This document shows, piece after piece, positions 12,558 to 25,651 of a DNA stretch of 64,000 bases. The DNA is from Eledone cirrhosa. Lineage: Eukaryota. The stretch covers positions 248,062,001 to 248,126,000 of the forward strand of contig OZ024740.1 in assembly GCA_964016885.1 (NCBI GenBank), read 5' to 3'. The position numbers and the translations under genes are program-made. Under the pieces are notes generated by a model. It had not been told where the DNA came from, made no database searches, and saw only the letters and a list, made by a program, of their open reading frames with translations. Each line of letters starts with the position of its first letter. Within the stretch, counting starts at the first letter, position 1.

Positions 12558-12747
12558 ATACAATATATTAACAAATGGAAACTATATTTATAAAACCATA
12601 TTTATTTCATTATACATATTTCAAGGGCCACCTGAGCAAACTATGGTGCGCTTTCATCAGAAAGTTTGCTCAGGTGGCCCTTGAAATATGTATAATGAAA
12701 TAAATATGGTTTTAAAAATATAGTTTCCATTTGTTAATATATTGTAT
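12558..12747. repeat. Near-perfect fold-back (arms ~85 bp, 20-nt spacer) of a PLE terminus with a split HHR
   Basis: 12558-12642 is the reverse complement of 12663-12747. Minus strand reads CTGATGA-aagcgcacc..ggtggccctt-GAAA-tatgta-TA. Homologous to 25545-25643. Confidence 0.85.
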
Positions 12748-12876
12748 ATTTACTCCAATAATTTGTTATCAGTTATAAAAATATTTTGCTTGTTGTATCC
12801 CAACAAATTAAATATAACCTCTACATATATATATATATATAATATAAGATCAAAAGATGGTTAAAAGAGTTCCATG

Positions 12877-12947
12877 TATTTTATTATGCGCATTTCAAAA
12901 ACAAATATCATCATGAGATGACATTTGCGTTTTCGTCAGATAAAATA
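12877..12947 (-). ncRNA. Minimal type I hammerhead ribozyme, canonical core
   Basis: tattttat-CTGACGA-long stem II (gcaaatgtcatc/tcat/gatgatatttgt)-GAAA-tgcgca(palindrome)-TA-ataaaata. Confidence 0.85.
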
Positions 12948-13272
12948 GGGATACATGATATGAAGGTTAAAAAACACTTTGTGAATAGTGAAGTTTTAAA
13001 TCAACATATGATATGTTGATTTAAAACAAATGTTCAAAAGTTAAACTTCAATTTTTTGAATTATTTCCAATTTTTTCATGAAATTGAACACTGGACATTG
13101 GCTGCTGGAAATGGAAATTAAATCTTATTTAATTGTATTTAAATTTCTAACCTTATTTTATTATTTATATTTTTTCAATAAGAAATAAAAAAAAATTGAA
13201 GAAAAAAATTGAACAAATCAAACGTAGGTTATGGAACTGCGCAATCTGATTAATAAATTACCTCATCAGCAG

Positions 13273-13420
13273 CAACCTTCTTCAAATGGTCCTTATTATC
13301 AGCAGCAACAACCACAAATTCAATGGCAACCTTCTTCAAATGGTCTTTATTATCAGCAGCAACAACCACAAATTCAATGGCAACCTTCTTCAAACCACAA
13401 ATTCAATGGCAACCTTCTTC
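13273..13420. repeat. 54-bp minisatellite, about 2.7 copies
   Basis: Unit caaccttcttcaaatggtcyttattatcagcagcaacaaccacaaattcaatgg. Confidence 0.8.
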
Positions 13421-13985
13421 GCATGGTGTCAAGTCAGAACCGCCTCGAACTGGTTACTTCTGGCTTGTGCAAGGTGTCTCTATAGCAACCAGCGATTCCC
13501 TCGGCCTCAGTGACCAAAGTCAGTGGAGAGGGGAAGGTAATGTTTCTATAGCGACAGTGTTTCTCTTGGTAGTACCAAAATGGAGAAAGGAAGGGGAAGG
13601 TAATATTTCTGTAGCACGTGTTTTAGCGTCTATTCACTCTCTCTCTCTCCCTCTCGTAGTCTGTCTGTCTCTTTCTTTCACTCTCACTCTCTCTCTACGC
13701 GTGTGCAAAAAACATTCGCACGCGCGCACGTGTTTCCACTGTCGGACAGACAGACAGAGAAATTGCTGGTTATATATATAAGTAGATATATATATAATTA
13801 TATATTCGTGTACAGATATTTTTGCATACACAATAACAAAATATAAATAAACGTATTTATTTCACGAGGGTCAATAAGGATAAATATATATCAAATATAT
13901 AAGAACCCTAGGGCAAATCCCGAGTAACGCCGGGCCATTCTGCTAGTATAATATAAAATCAAAAGATGGTTAAAAGAGTTGCATG

Positions 13986-14056
13986 TATTTTATTATGCGC
14001 ATTTCAAAAACAAATATCATCATGAGATGATATTTGCATTCTCATCAGATAAAATA
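13986..14056 (-). ncRNA. Minimal type I hammerhead ribozyme
   Basis: tattttat-CTGATGA-stem II-GAAA-tgcgca-TA-ataaaata. Confidence 0.85.
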
Positions 14057-14137
14057 GGGAGACATATGAAGCTTAAAAAACACTTGCGAGCAGTGAGTGT
14101 TAAATCAACATTTTTTAAGCTTCATATAATGTCTCCC

Positions 14138-14208
14138 TATTTTATCTGATGAGAACGCAAATATCATCCCATGATGATATTTGTTTTTGAAATGCGCATA
14201 ATAAAATA
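14138..14208 (+). ncRNA. Minimal type I hammerhead ribozyme
   Basis: tattttat-CTGATGA-gaacgcaaatatcatc/ccat/gatgatatttgttttt-GAAA-tgcgca-TA-ataaaata. Confidence 0.85.
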
Positions 14209-14329
14209 CATGCAACTCTTTTAACCATCTTTTGATTTTATATTATTTATACTCCAGTCCTATAAACTGTTGAGTGCTACTTATCCGATATTTGCATTGC
14301 TTTATTGTGCTACAATAAAACTCACCTTC

Positions 14330-14369
<40 letters not shown>

Positions 14370-14380
14370 AAGACATATAC

Positions 14381-14413
<33 letters not shown>

Positions 14414-14502
14414 TATATATAAATATACACATACAAATATATGTATACACACACACACATATATATACACATACATACATACACACACACATACACACAC
14501 AC

Positions 14503-14541
<39 letters not shown>

Positions 14542-14610
14542 TACATACACACATATATACATATATACAGTATATATATATATATCTGTGTATATATATA
14601 TATATATATA

Positions 14611-17400
14611 GTAAAAAATTGAACGGGAACAAAACAGAGAGGCAGTACGAACAAAGGTTTATTAGTTTCACGCTCTTGAGAGTGGGGGTGGTGGTGGGGA
14701 ACGACGTTTCGGGCATAAGCCTTTCTTCAGGTGAAAAGTGTGTGGGAAGAGAGTTCCAAGGGTGTGTAGGGGAGTGGTGGAGAGACATATAGAAAAAAGG
14801 GGTGAGAGGAAACGGTACAAATGAAATTAAATATAAAAGCATAATAAAAATAAAAATAAACATGAAGTAAAACAGGTGGTGGAAGGGTGTGGGGCGTGTA
14901 GGGGTGGTGGCGGGTGGAGTGGGGAGAGGGAGGTGGGGTGTCTGAGTGGGGAGGGCTGAAGGTGGTGTGTGTGTGTAGGTGTACGTGTGTGTGTGTGTAT
15001 GTGAAAGTAAGAGTTGGGGGAAGAACGGGGTTGCATGTTCAGGAAGAGGTGTGTGTGGGGTGGGGTGTAGGTCGGTGTGTGTGTGTGTGCGTGTGTGGAT
15101 GGGGAGGGGTCAGAGGGGTGGTGGAAGAGGATTCCGGAGGCTGAGTGTGTAAATATGTGGTGGTACGCATGTGTGTGTGTGGTGTTTATGCGTGTTGTGG
15201 ATGTAGGTGGCATGTGGGAAAAAAATTTTTTTGAGTGTATGTCAGTGGGTGAGTCCTTAAGGTAGTTCCGTAGAGGATGTGGTGGAATGCTGGGTAATAT
15301 CCTTGGGATGTGGTGGATTCTAGGGATCGATGTTCAATATGTGTAATCCGTGGTTGGTCGGAAGAGGGGAGATGTGGAGTGCGCGCGCAACAGGAAGTGG
15401 TCAGAGGGTCTAGGCAGGAGGAGGGTTGTGTGTCTGTGTGTGCGGGGAGGTGGTCAGAGATAAGAGCATAGCAGCAGTCGGGGAGAATGGTAAGTGAAGA
15501 AAGTCGGTGTGTCAGTGTGTGTGGAGGTGCGGTGGACAGGGGAGAGGATGGGTAGGTGTGAAAGTTGGAGTGAGGAAGGGGTGAGTGTGTATTAGTAGAG
15601 GTGTTAGTGGGATGTGTGTGTGTGAGAAAGGGTGTGGGTGGAGCAGGGAGAGAAGGGTGTGGGGGCCGGTGGAGGGAGTGTAGTGTACTGGTGTGTGTGT
15701 GGTGAAGTGGGTGTTAGTATACTGGAGGTGGGGAAAGGGTTGAATGCGGGTGTGAGTGGGGGTCAGTGGTGGTAGGGTGTGTAGAGTGGGTGGTGTAAGT
15801 GGGTGTGTGTGTTCGTGTGCGTGGTGTCGGGGGGTGTTAGTGATGTTAGTTGCAGGGTGGTGGGGTGGATGTGTGGGGGTGAGGGTTAGTGGTGGTAGTA
15901 GGGTGTGTGTTTAGTGTGAGCGCGTGTATATATGTACCGGTGGGTGTGTGCGTGTGATAAGGGGAGGGGGGAGAAGAAGGGAGGGATGTTAGTATGTTAG
16001 TTGGGGAAGGGTGGTCGGGTGTAGGGTGGAGGTGTTAGTATTGTTAGTTGTGGGGTGGGCGGTGAAAAGGAGGGGTGTGTTAGTGGTGTTAGTGGGGGAT
16101 GTGTGGGGGGAAGGGGTGGTCGAAGGCTAAAGGAATAAGGGTGGTGAGTTCAGGCCGGGGGGAGTGTGGGTCTGTAGGGTGAAGATGGTTCGTTGTTCGA
16201 CCCTGAGGAGAGTGGCGGGTGTTCCGTGGCATTGGAGTAGGCCACAGACTGTGAGGTGGTGTGCGGAATGTCCAGGGGCACCAAAGTGGCGGGCGATGGG
16301 GGAACTACCGAGACGAATATCTCGGAGGTGTTCGGTAAACCGGTCCGCCAGGCGACGTCCAGTCTGTCCGACATAAGTTGCGCTGCACTCCGTGCAGCGA
16401 AGTCTGTAGACTAGGTTGGAGGAGGTGCAGCGGAAGGCATGTCGGACAGAGAGAGTGGCCGTTGGGACCCTGGAAGGTGGTGGTGTTGGTGATGTGGGGA
16501 CAGGTGTTGCAGCAGGGCCTGGAATAGGGAAGGGAACGGGGGGAGTGTGGGTTGGGGGGAGCTGTGGACGAGGAGGGTGCGGAGATTGCATGCGTGTTTG
16601 AAGGAGGGGAGTGGTGGGGCAGGGAAGATGTGGGGTGTGGAGGGGTCGGACTGGAGGCGTCGGAAGAGGCAGAGGATGGTGCGGTGGAGGGGTATGGTGG
16701 AGGGGTGGTAGGTGATGAGGAAGAGGAGACGGTGGGCGGTAGCGTGGGGTGAGGGTGGTGGAGCGGTGGACAGCACGGGCGCAGGTGAGAGCGGTGTGGA
16801 CGAGAGAGGGGGGTAACTTCTGCAGATGAAATGGCTGACTAGGGAAAGGGCCTGGGACTCAAAGTCAGCATCTCGGCTACAGAGGCGGCGGATCCTGAGA
16901 AGTTGGGAGTAGGGAATAGAGAGTTTAGTGTGGGTGGGGTGGGAAGAGGTGAAGTCGAGGTAGGAGTGGGAAGAGGTGGGTTTGAAGAAGGCGGAGGTGA
17001 CGAGGGAGTGGTGGGAGGGGTCGAAGGCGACGGAGATGTCTAAGAAGTGGACGTGAGTGGTGGAGATAGAGGTGGTGAAGTGGAGGGAGGGGTGGAAGGA
17101 GCAGAAGAAGGAGAGAAAGGAGTCGAGCTGTTCTCGGATGAGGGTCGTGGCTCCGATACAGTCGTCGATACCGTACAGTTCAGGCATGGGGCCGGTGTAC
17201 TGGGCAAAGATTTGGGCCTCAACATGGCCAACGAAAAGGTTGGCATAGTTTGGGCCCATTCTTGTACCCATGGCTACCCCCGTGACCTGTTGGTAAAACT
17301 CACCCGAGAAGGAGAAACAGTTGAGAATGAGGACCAGCTCGGCGAGGCAAAGGAGGGTGGGGGTGGAGGGGATGGGGGAGGGGCGAAGGTCGAACACAGA
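14611..17400 (-). mobile_element. 5'-truncated Penelope-like element (Neptune-like), RT plus GIY-YIG, frameshifted
   Basis: GVAMGTRMGPNYANLF, FLDI, FKPTSSHSYL, and CTSSNLVYRLRCTECSATYVGQTGRRLADRFTEH. Long C-rich 3'UTR. HHR-like CTGAAGA-aaggcttatgccc-GAAA-cgtc at about 14700-14735. Confidence 0.88.
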
Positions 17401-18074
17401 TACATTGTAGGTCGCTTTAACCCGTCTTTTATTATTCAAAAAACTTCTTGCCAATATTAACCCTTTGTACATCATTCATCTAACTGTAGACCAACAAATA
17501 CCAACTAAACGGAGCATTGACAAGAACGATGGCAAATGAATCTTCGAGGTAAGCAGTTTCCTCCCGAGCTGTTAGTTCACGGGGGATTCTCTGCTACACC
17601 TTTTCATAATAATACTGAACAACATACTGCTGGTCACTCCTTCCTCCAAAAGCCGTACAAAGCGGACATGTGCATCGGACAGATGGATCAGTGCAAATCT
17701 ACACCAGGCCTACACGAGAAATTCGCAAGGGACTGCACCGACAGGGATAGAGAGAAAGAGTAACTTAGTGGAAAGAGTGCGAATGAACTTTTGAGGTAAG
17801 TAGCCTATGCCTTACTGCTATGATACTGGAACCTTCTGCCAACTTAACCTGTGACTTTCTCTTTCACATTTACTCCAAAAGGCCAAAACAGGGGAGTATA
17901 AAAAGAAGGTGCTCAACAATATTTCTATGAACAATGCACGTAGACAGCTAAACTGTACTTTCAACTTTTTAATTTTCTCCAAATAAAACAAGTTTCCTGT
18001 CGATATATTTTCGTGAGTTTTTAACAGGCACTCACAAATAAACGTTTCTCATTGGAGGTGGTATTACCAATGTT

Positions 18075-18106
18075 CTTACCCGTGCAACGCCGGGATACAC
18101 TGCTAG
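18075..18106 (+). mobile_element. Helitron 3' terminus (body probably extends to about 17400; 5' end not resolved)
   Basis: cccgtgcaacgccggg hairpin, atacactg, CTAG|t, as in the other Helitron ends. Confidence 0.55.
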
Positions 18107-20129
18107 TATATATATAAATAAGGAAAAAAGATGAAATCGAAAATGCAACTGGAGTCTTTTTAAGAATATTTATTTGTTTCCTTTACCGGTTTCACAGTTC
18201 TTATGCTTTTCAAAAGTAGAACTCAGATGGAGGGTTCATGGTTTTTCTCACATCTGGTTGCGTGTTCAAATGTTACTTCTGGTTTATGTGGAAAAAAAAT
18301 GGCTCAGAATGCTAGGTTTTTTAGAAAAGTAATTTGGTTGATTGATTACTGTCACATGAATAAATATAATAAATAGAAATAAATTTCACGCCTGTTCACG
18401 TTACAAAGTTCTTATTGTATTTTCCTTTAAAAAAAGGGGGCTCAGATTGTTTTTTATGAGTGAAATTTGGTTAATTGATGCAATCACATGAATAAGCACA
18501 TCAACTTTGGTGCCAGTTCATGTTTGAGGGTTCTTTATCGTCATTTTCAATTAAAAAAGTGGCTCAAAAATGATGTTTTTTTATAAATGTAATTTCATTG
18601 CTTATGACTATCGTGTGAATAAGTACATTAAATTTCACGCCAGTTCCTATCTGAAGGTTCTTTGCAGCCGTTTTCACAGTCACATGATTTGGCATAGAGA
18701 GTTTTGTGCCAAACAAAAGATAATGGTCAAGAAAAAAGGGATGGGGAGAATTGTTCTGGTTCAGTGAGTATGGCTGAAGTGTCAAAATTCAGAATTTCTA
18801 TTGAAATAAAGAAAATAGAGATATATATTTTTATTTGTGTGATGTGTGTGTGTGAGTGTGTAGGAAAATGATTCCATTAGTAGAAATGGAGGAGGGAGTT
18901 ATGTGTGTGTGTGCATGGGTGTTATATGAGTGTGTGTATGTTGTGGGGGGGGGGTATGGTTAGCATGTTAAGGTGTTAGAGTATTAACATATGTTAAGGT
19001 CTATTTAGCTCTGGTTTTTATTTTTAAATATACTAGAGGGTGTTATGTGTGTCTGTATGTGTGTGTCTGTATGTATGTGTCTGTTTGGATGGTTAGCATG
19101 TTATGGTGTTAACATATTAATAGGTCCAATAAAAAATCTTCCACTTCACTTTCACATCTAATTTGGAATTTAAAGGACAATAATAGAGACTATTCAATAT
19201 CTTGGGGAATGATTTCGAAAGCACCTGCATACCGAAATATGGCTTTCTCAAGAATCTGTCATTTGTGTATTGAGGAAATTTTTTATATAATTAACTGTCA
19301 AAATTCTATTATTTTAAAAAGAGAATTATTCAGTTCTTGCAGACATCGCCAAAAATCCACTTTCCGGAGTATTTTTAATCTATAATATTCATTACACTTG
19401 ACTTTAAAATTATTCTGTTGTTTGGTGAGGTTTTTTTTGTTTTTTTTTTTGTTTTTTTAATTTTTTAAATGCTCTTTTTCTTCTTAAATTTAGTATTTTT
19501 ACCAATTGATATTCTTTTCCTAATGATACTCTTCTTAATCTATTTTTTAGATTTATATATTTTTTTTTAGATTGATACTTTTTAATTGATATTCTGAAAG
19601 ATATCCTTTTTACGATAGTTCTTCGAAATGCACTCTTGACTTATCTAATAATACATTTTTCCTCTCTTTAATCTTCAAACTTTTCACACACCTTTCGACG
19701 TAGATAATACATATATAATTGAAATTCTCATCCTTGAAACCATGTAATATAAAATACCTTATAATCTCACACAAAATAATATATAATTTTCTCTACATAC
19801 TTTCCGCCTTTTCTAATAAAATTATTCATCAAATCTAATATTAATAGTTTAACAAATAATATTGGAGTCATCTTTTCCTTTACAATTGAGCAAACATATA
19901 TATAATAACTTGTATGATAAATTATATGTAATTTCGCTAAATTAATAATTGTTCTGTAAATATTTTCAATGTTTGATGAAAATATTTGAATCTACAAATT
20001 GCTCTTCTCTTATAATTTAAACTACGTCTTTTTCTTAAATATATATTTAAAATGTAAAATCAACATCCTTTGTAACTCATATTAGAAATGTAAACAAATT
20101 AATATGTGTGTTTTATATCTATATAATCA

Positions 20130-21034
20130 TCTATATATAAAACTGAGGATGTCTGTCTGTGTGTGTGTGAGTTTGAATCCCTAAAACTCGAGAAACACCC
20201 AACCGACTGTTTTCAAACTTTACACATGTAATGCTTATGTTTCAGGGAGTGTTCTTAGCAAAAATAAATTTCAAATTTTCAATGCTCTAGGGACCGCATT
20301 AGGCGATTTAGCGATCTCTCTCTATAATTCTTAGTCTTTCGCTTTTTAGATAGATACATACATATAACGTCGCGCCCTTATAATATCTATCTGTATGTCT
20401 GGCTGTCTGCATTACGTCACTTCCCTAAGGGTGTCTGCCTGTGTGTGTGTGTGTGTGTGTGTTTCTGTGAGTTTGAATTCCTAAAACTCGAGAAATACCC
20501 AACCGACTTTTTTCAAACTTTACATGTGTATTACTTGTTTCAGGGAGTGTTATGCACATAAAAATTCAACTTTTTGATCCCCTAGATGAAAAACTGCCTT
20601 TTTTCAGGTGTTTTTTGAGGTGTTACGTCAGACCAATTTCCTTGAAATTGTAACTATGTATTAGTCAGTCTCTTCTTCATACCGTGAGCAAAGAAAATCC
20701 AACTTTTTTATGGCCTAGGGCCCACATTAGGTGAAAAACTTCATTTTTTTCAGCTTTTTAGGGCTTTTTTGAGGCGTCACGTCTAGCCGATATTCCCGAA
20801 ATTTCAAGGCACATAAAAAAAATTCATTTTCTTGATCCCCTAGGGCCCGCATTAGGTGAAAACCTGCAATTTTCCTGCTTCATCGAGTAAAATCTTAAAG
20901 ATTATCCAGCCATCAGAGTATTCGGTTTATTTTCTTTACATATTGTCCAGGCATGCAGTTTTCCACGATTAGGTCTGTTGGCGGCCCGCGTTCCAAAATA
21001 CCTTATCCCGTGCAACGCTGGGTACCACTGCTAG
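20130..21034 (+). mobile_element. Non-autonomous Helitron
   Basis: a|TCtatatataaaactg start; cccgtgcaacgctggg hairpin then CTAG|t end; A/T target with no TSD; internal duplications. Confidence 0.8.
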
Positions 21035-21059
21035 TCAATAATATTTATATTTATACACC

Positions 21060-24000
21060 TGCCCTATCTCTAACCTATCCAACCTTATTCAATCTGAAAA
21101 TATTGAAGAGATAAGACACTTTTCCATTCTTCTCTGCTAAAATGTATCATTAGAGTTGATTTCAATTCGTTCCAGCCATCCATCCATACTAATCTTCGAA
21201 GGTATTTTAGTCTATATATTGTTGTTAATATTAATGCTGTTTTATCGATAAATTTTCGAAGGTTTCTTAGTAGTTTTCATGACGTTATTATTGTTAATTT
21301 TACTGGTGTATTAACTTGGATATTTACCATGCGGTATTCTAATTCTATTGTATCTCTCTCGGTTATTTACCATGCGACCCTCAGTGCCTACCTCACAATT
21401 TCCCTCCCACCCACCCTCACACACCACCATAGCCTATTCGACCAATCAAACCTCAGCATGCCATTTCCACTGCTGCTGCTGCTGCTACTACCTACCTAAC
21501 TAACTCTCTCCTCCTCTGGCGCAGCCCAACACACCCTGCCATTACCCCACCACCACTGTTCTTCTAGCCCTCAATTTTCCCACCGTTATGGATGGATGAG
21601 CTGAGAATACATTTGAGCAACTCTGAATCAATAGATGAAATATGAATCTGCGAGCTACGAAGCACCCACGTGAAGCGCCAACCCAGAGACCCTCCCCTAC
21701 GAGTGTCGACAAATGCCCAAAACTCCGAGTTGGTACCATCAATGTAGGCTCAATGAAAGGAAGAGCAGGAGAAATCGTAGAAATGCTAGAGCAAAAGGAA
21801 GTTGATGTATGCTGTGTGCAAGAGACTAGATGGAGAGGAGAGTCTGCTAGAGTCCTTGTAGGAAAAAGCCAGTGCTACAAATTTTTCTGGGTGGGAAATG
21901 ACGATGGGATAGGTGGTGTAGGTATACTATTAGCTGACAAGTGGGTAGATAAAGTAATCTCAGTGTACAGGGTAAATGCAAGAATCATTAAACTCAGACT
22001 AGTCCTGAATAAGACAATTACCACAATAATATCAGCTTACGCACCGCAATCGGGGCTGCCAGACGAACTTAAGGATAGGTTTTACGAGTCCCTAATACAC
22101 ACTACTGATCTAACAGACGACAAGGACTTCCTAATCATCGCAGGAGATTTTAACGGACACGTAGGTAAACACTGCGACGGCTTCAATAGAGTACATGGAG
22201 GCCATGGAGTTGGCACAAGGAATGAGGAAGGATTCAGACTTCTAGAATTCTGCGACGCCAATGACATGTCGATATGTAACACAAACTTTAAAAAACCCGA
22301 CAACCACCTGATCACCTATAGATCAGGGGAGCACTCTAGTCAGTTAGATTTTATCCTCATCAGAGGACGTGACAGATGGACGGTCGTAAACACAAAAGCC
22401 TTCCCTAGTGAGGAATGTACATCCCAACATAGCTTAGTTGTCAGCGACCTCACGGTCAGAACTAGACGAACCCGGAAACAGAGGCCAACCTGGAGAAGAA
22501 AGATCTGGAAGCTGAAAGTCCCCTCAACCAGTAACAGATTTAAAGATATTTTACTCAACGCCTACGACAGTAAAGAAGAACAGATAGAGACATTTAACGT
22601 AGAAGAGAACTGGGAGTTCCTAAAAAATAATTTACTAGAGGCGACGGATGAGGTCTGTGGCTGGAGTAAGACCTCAAGCAGGAGGAGAGTGACTTGGTGG
22701 TGGAACAATAAGGTAGATGAAGCAGTTAAGGCCAAGAGACAGGCATGGAAAGAATGGAAGAACGGGGGGAGCAGGGTACATTACATAGAGACCAAGAGGG
22801 AAGCTAGGCGACAAGTATACTTAGCTAGGAGGGAAGCAGAGGATAGAAAATTCAAGCATGTTTTACAACGTGAGGACCAGAAACAGGAGGTATTCAAGAT
22901 TGCGAGGCAGTGTGTCAGAGATAGTTGTGTTGTCATTGGAGAGAAGTGTATCCGGAATGATAAAGGTGAGCTTGCTCTCACAAGTGCTGAGAAGAAAGAT
23001 GCATGGAAGAGTCATTATGATAGATTACTAAATGAGGAGAATGCATGGGAAGAAGAGACCCTACCCCAAGTAGACCCTATAGAGGGACCAGCAGTACAAG
23101 TCAGCAGCAGCGTAGTAAGTAAGGCAATCGAAGATATGAAGATGGGGAAGGCAACCGGTCCATCGGGTATAGCTGCCGAGATGCTGAAGGTATCTGGGTT
23201 TGTAGGTCACACTATAACCACACGTATCGTTAACCAGGTAATACTAGAAGGGGCCATACCAAAAGATTGGTGCCGTAGCATCATTGTCAACTGCTACAAA
23301 GGTAAAGGCGATGCACTAGATAGAGGAAACTATAGAGGTATAAAGTTGATGGACCAGGTCATGAAAGTAACAGAAAGAGTTATAGCACAGCTGATTAGGG
23401 ACCGGGTGAAAATAGACGAGATGCAATTTGGGTTTGTACCAGGAAGAGGCACCACTGGTGCCCACTTCCTTGTGAGGCAATTACAGGAAAAGTACCTAGC
23501 TAAAAGTAAGCCATTCTACTTGGCATTTGTCGACCTTGAGAAAGCCTTTGACAGAGTTCCACGTGCGGTAATCTGGTGGGCTCTTAGAAAACTAGGAGTA
23601 GATGAATGGCTTGTGAAAGCGGTACAAGCCATGTATAGGGGAGCAGTCAGCAAAGTTAGAATTAGCAATGAGTATAGCGAGGAATTTAGCGTACAGGTTG
23701 GGGTCCACCAGGGCTCTGTTCTTAGCCCTCTCCTGTTCATCATAGTCCTGCAGGCAATAACGGAGGAGTTTAAGACCGGATGCCCATGGGAACTCCTGTA
23801 TGCTGATGACCTCGCACTCATAGCTGAATCTATGGTAGAACTAGAGAATAAATTCCAAACCTGGAAGCAAGGACTAGAGAGAAAGGGTCTCAAAGTCAAC
23901 ATGACAAAGACTAAGGTCCTTGTAAGTAGACGAGAAAACAGAACCCAGATCCCCTCAGGGAAATGGCCTTGCTCAGTATGTAGGAAAGGTGTAGGTAGGA

Positions 24001-25062
24001 ACTCATTCTCTGCCCCAAATGCAAACAATGGGTACACAAGAGATGTAGCGGGATCTCAGGAAGCTTAATTAAGAATGTAGGATTCACAAGCAGCAGCTGT
24101 GCTGAAACAGCAAGCAGCAAACAGCCACAGGAAACAAGTACCACCAATCTCTGGGAGGGCCCTGTAGAAACAGTAGACAGCTTCTGCTACCTAGGTGACC
24201 GAATTAGCAACGGAGGTGGGTGTTCAGAAAGTACAATAACTAGGGTAAGAACGGGATGGAAGAAGTTTAGGGAACTACTACCACTGCTAGCTGCAAAAGG
24301 CTTCTCCCTCAGAATGAAAGGCAGACTGTATGATGCGTGTATCCGAACAGTGATGTTGCATGGTAGTGAGACCTGGGCGCTGAAGGTGGAAGACTTACGT
24401 AGATTAGAGAGAAACGAAGCCTGCATGCTCCGATGGATGTGTAACAGTAATATACGTGAACGACAAAGCATAAATGAATTGAGAGAGAGACTGAGCAAAA
24501 GAGGAATCAAATGCTTTGTGCAGGAGAGGCGGTTGTGCTGGTATGGACATGTGATGCGTATGAAGGATGACAGCTGCATAAAAAGGTGCAGAGCACTAAA
24601 AGTTGATGGAAACCGCGGAGTGGGGAGACCCAAGATGACCTGGGATGAGGTGATAAAAGCTGACCTTATCCAACTACACCTCTCAAAGACAATGACACAC
24701 GACCGTGACTTCTGGCGTCACGCAGTAATACAGAGTACCCGACCTCCCATGGGTACATGCTGAAGCATATAAACAATATGCCCCCACACCGCAAGGTGGT
24801 CGTGGAGGTGCCACGGCAAAAAAAGCACCCAGCCCACACTGTAAAGTGGACGTGTAGGTGCCACGAAAAAGCACCCAGCACTCACTGTAAATGAGGTTGG
24901 TGTTAGGAAGGGCATCCAGCTGTAGAAATCAAGCCAGATCAGTTCCTGTATGAGCAAGGCATGGTCAGCCGACCAGACACAGCACACAACAGGACAACCC
25001 GTCTAACCCATGCTAGCATGGAAGAACGGACGTAAAACAGTGATGATGATGATGATGATGAT
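21060..25062 (+). mobile_element. Near full-length RTE LINE (subfamily A): APE endonuclease, RT and internal PHD; 1-bp frameshift near 24004
   Basis: ORF 21642-24068 (QETRW, GDFN, YADD) continues in another frame to 24763. aactcattc here versus aactccattc in sister copies. (GAT)n tail. Confidence 0.95.
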
Positions 25063-25651
25063 TAATCTATATAGATATTTATATACTTACAACCTGTTGT
25101 AACATAAGATAAAATGTACTTACAACCATAATTCTTCATATAATCTAATTGATTATATATATAATATTATAACTCATAATTTAGCTAAATATTTTTTTAA
25201 TTCTGGAATCATATCCCACCACTCCAACAAACTTTTAATTCTTAACGTTTCAATCTTTTTAAATTCACGTACATTATAGTAATATAAATACAAGCTTTTC
25301 TTTCATTCTCTTTTTTCTTCCTACACATACATATATATATACTAATAATTATTTAAATCTACCTAGCGTCTAAAAATAACATTTTTTCAGCCCTACGACT
25401 CAACCTTATTTGCATATTCATCTAAATAATTTGAAATATTTGTTTTTTTCCTCTCTTCCCCTTTTTCCTTTTACTATCCAGGTAAAACTTGAACCGTTAA
25501 GGTCTCATTCCTGGATATGTCAATATTTATAAAACAAACTTTGTATTTTATCTGATGAGAGCGTACCAAAGTTTTGGTACCCTTGAAATATAATAGAATA
25601 AATATGGTTTTATAAATATAGTTTCCATTTATTAATATCATTGATATATAT

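Larger units (their letters stand above)
12030..13946 (+). mobile_element. Non-autonomous Helitron with nested PLE-derived inserts (5' end eroded)
   Basis: 5' part is homologous to 40690-40850. 3' end is cccgagtaacgccggg hairpin, ccattctg, CTAG|t. Confidence 0.65.
13948..14332 (+). mobile_element. Short fold-back derivative of the PLE family at 57213-60095, with two inverted HHRs
   Basis: 13948-14080 is inverted at 14111-14245. 14111-14332 is homologous to the reverse complement of 57213-57440. Ends in (TA)n. Confidence 0.85.
19125..25643 (+). mobile_element. Penelope-like remnant split by a Helitron and an RTE LINE (pieces about 19125-20129 and 25063-25643)
   Basis: 19140-19290 translates STSLSHLIWNLKDNNRDYSISWGMISKAPAYRNMAFSRICHLCIEE (PLE C-terminus). 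AT-rich UTR resumes after 25062 and ends in an HHR-like motif (CTGATGA at 25552) and (TA)n. Continuity is inferred. Confidence 0.55.

Noticed and set aside
13231-13485. Q/P/Y-rich repetitive ORF
   Set aside because: It arises from a 54-bp minisatellite inside a non-autonomous Helitron, with no splice or homology support.
18170-18235. HHR on the minus strand (..tttgaaaa-gcat..tgt-GAAA-ccgg-TA)
   Set aside because: The first core box and stem I are too degenerate to call, though it may be a decayed PLE terminus.
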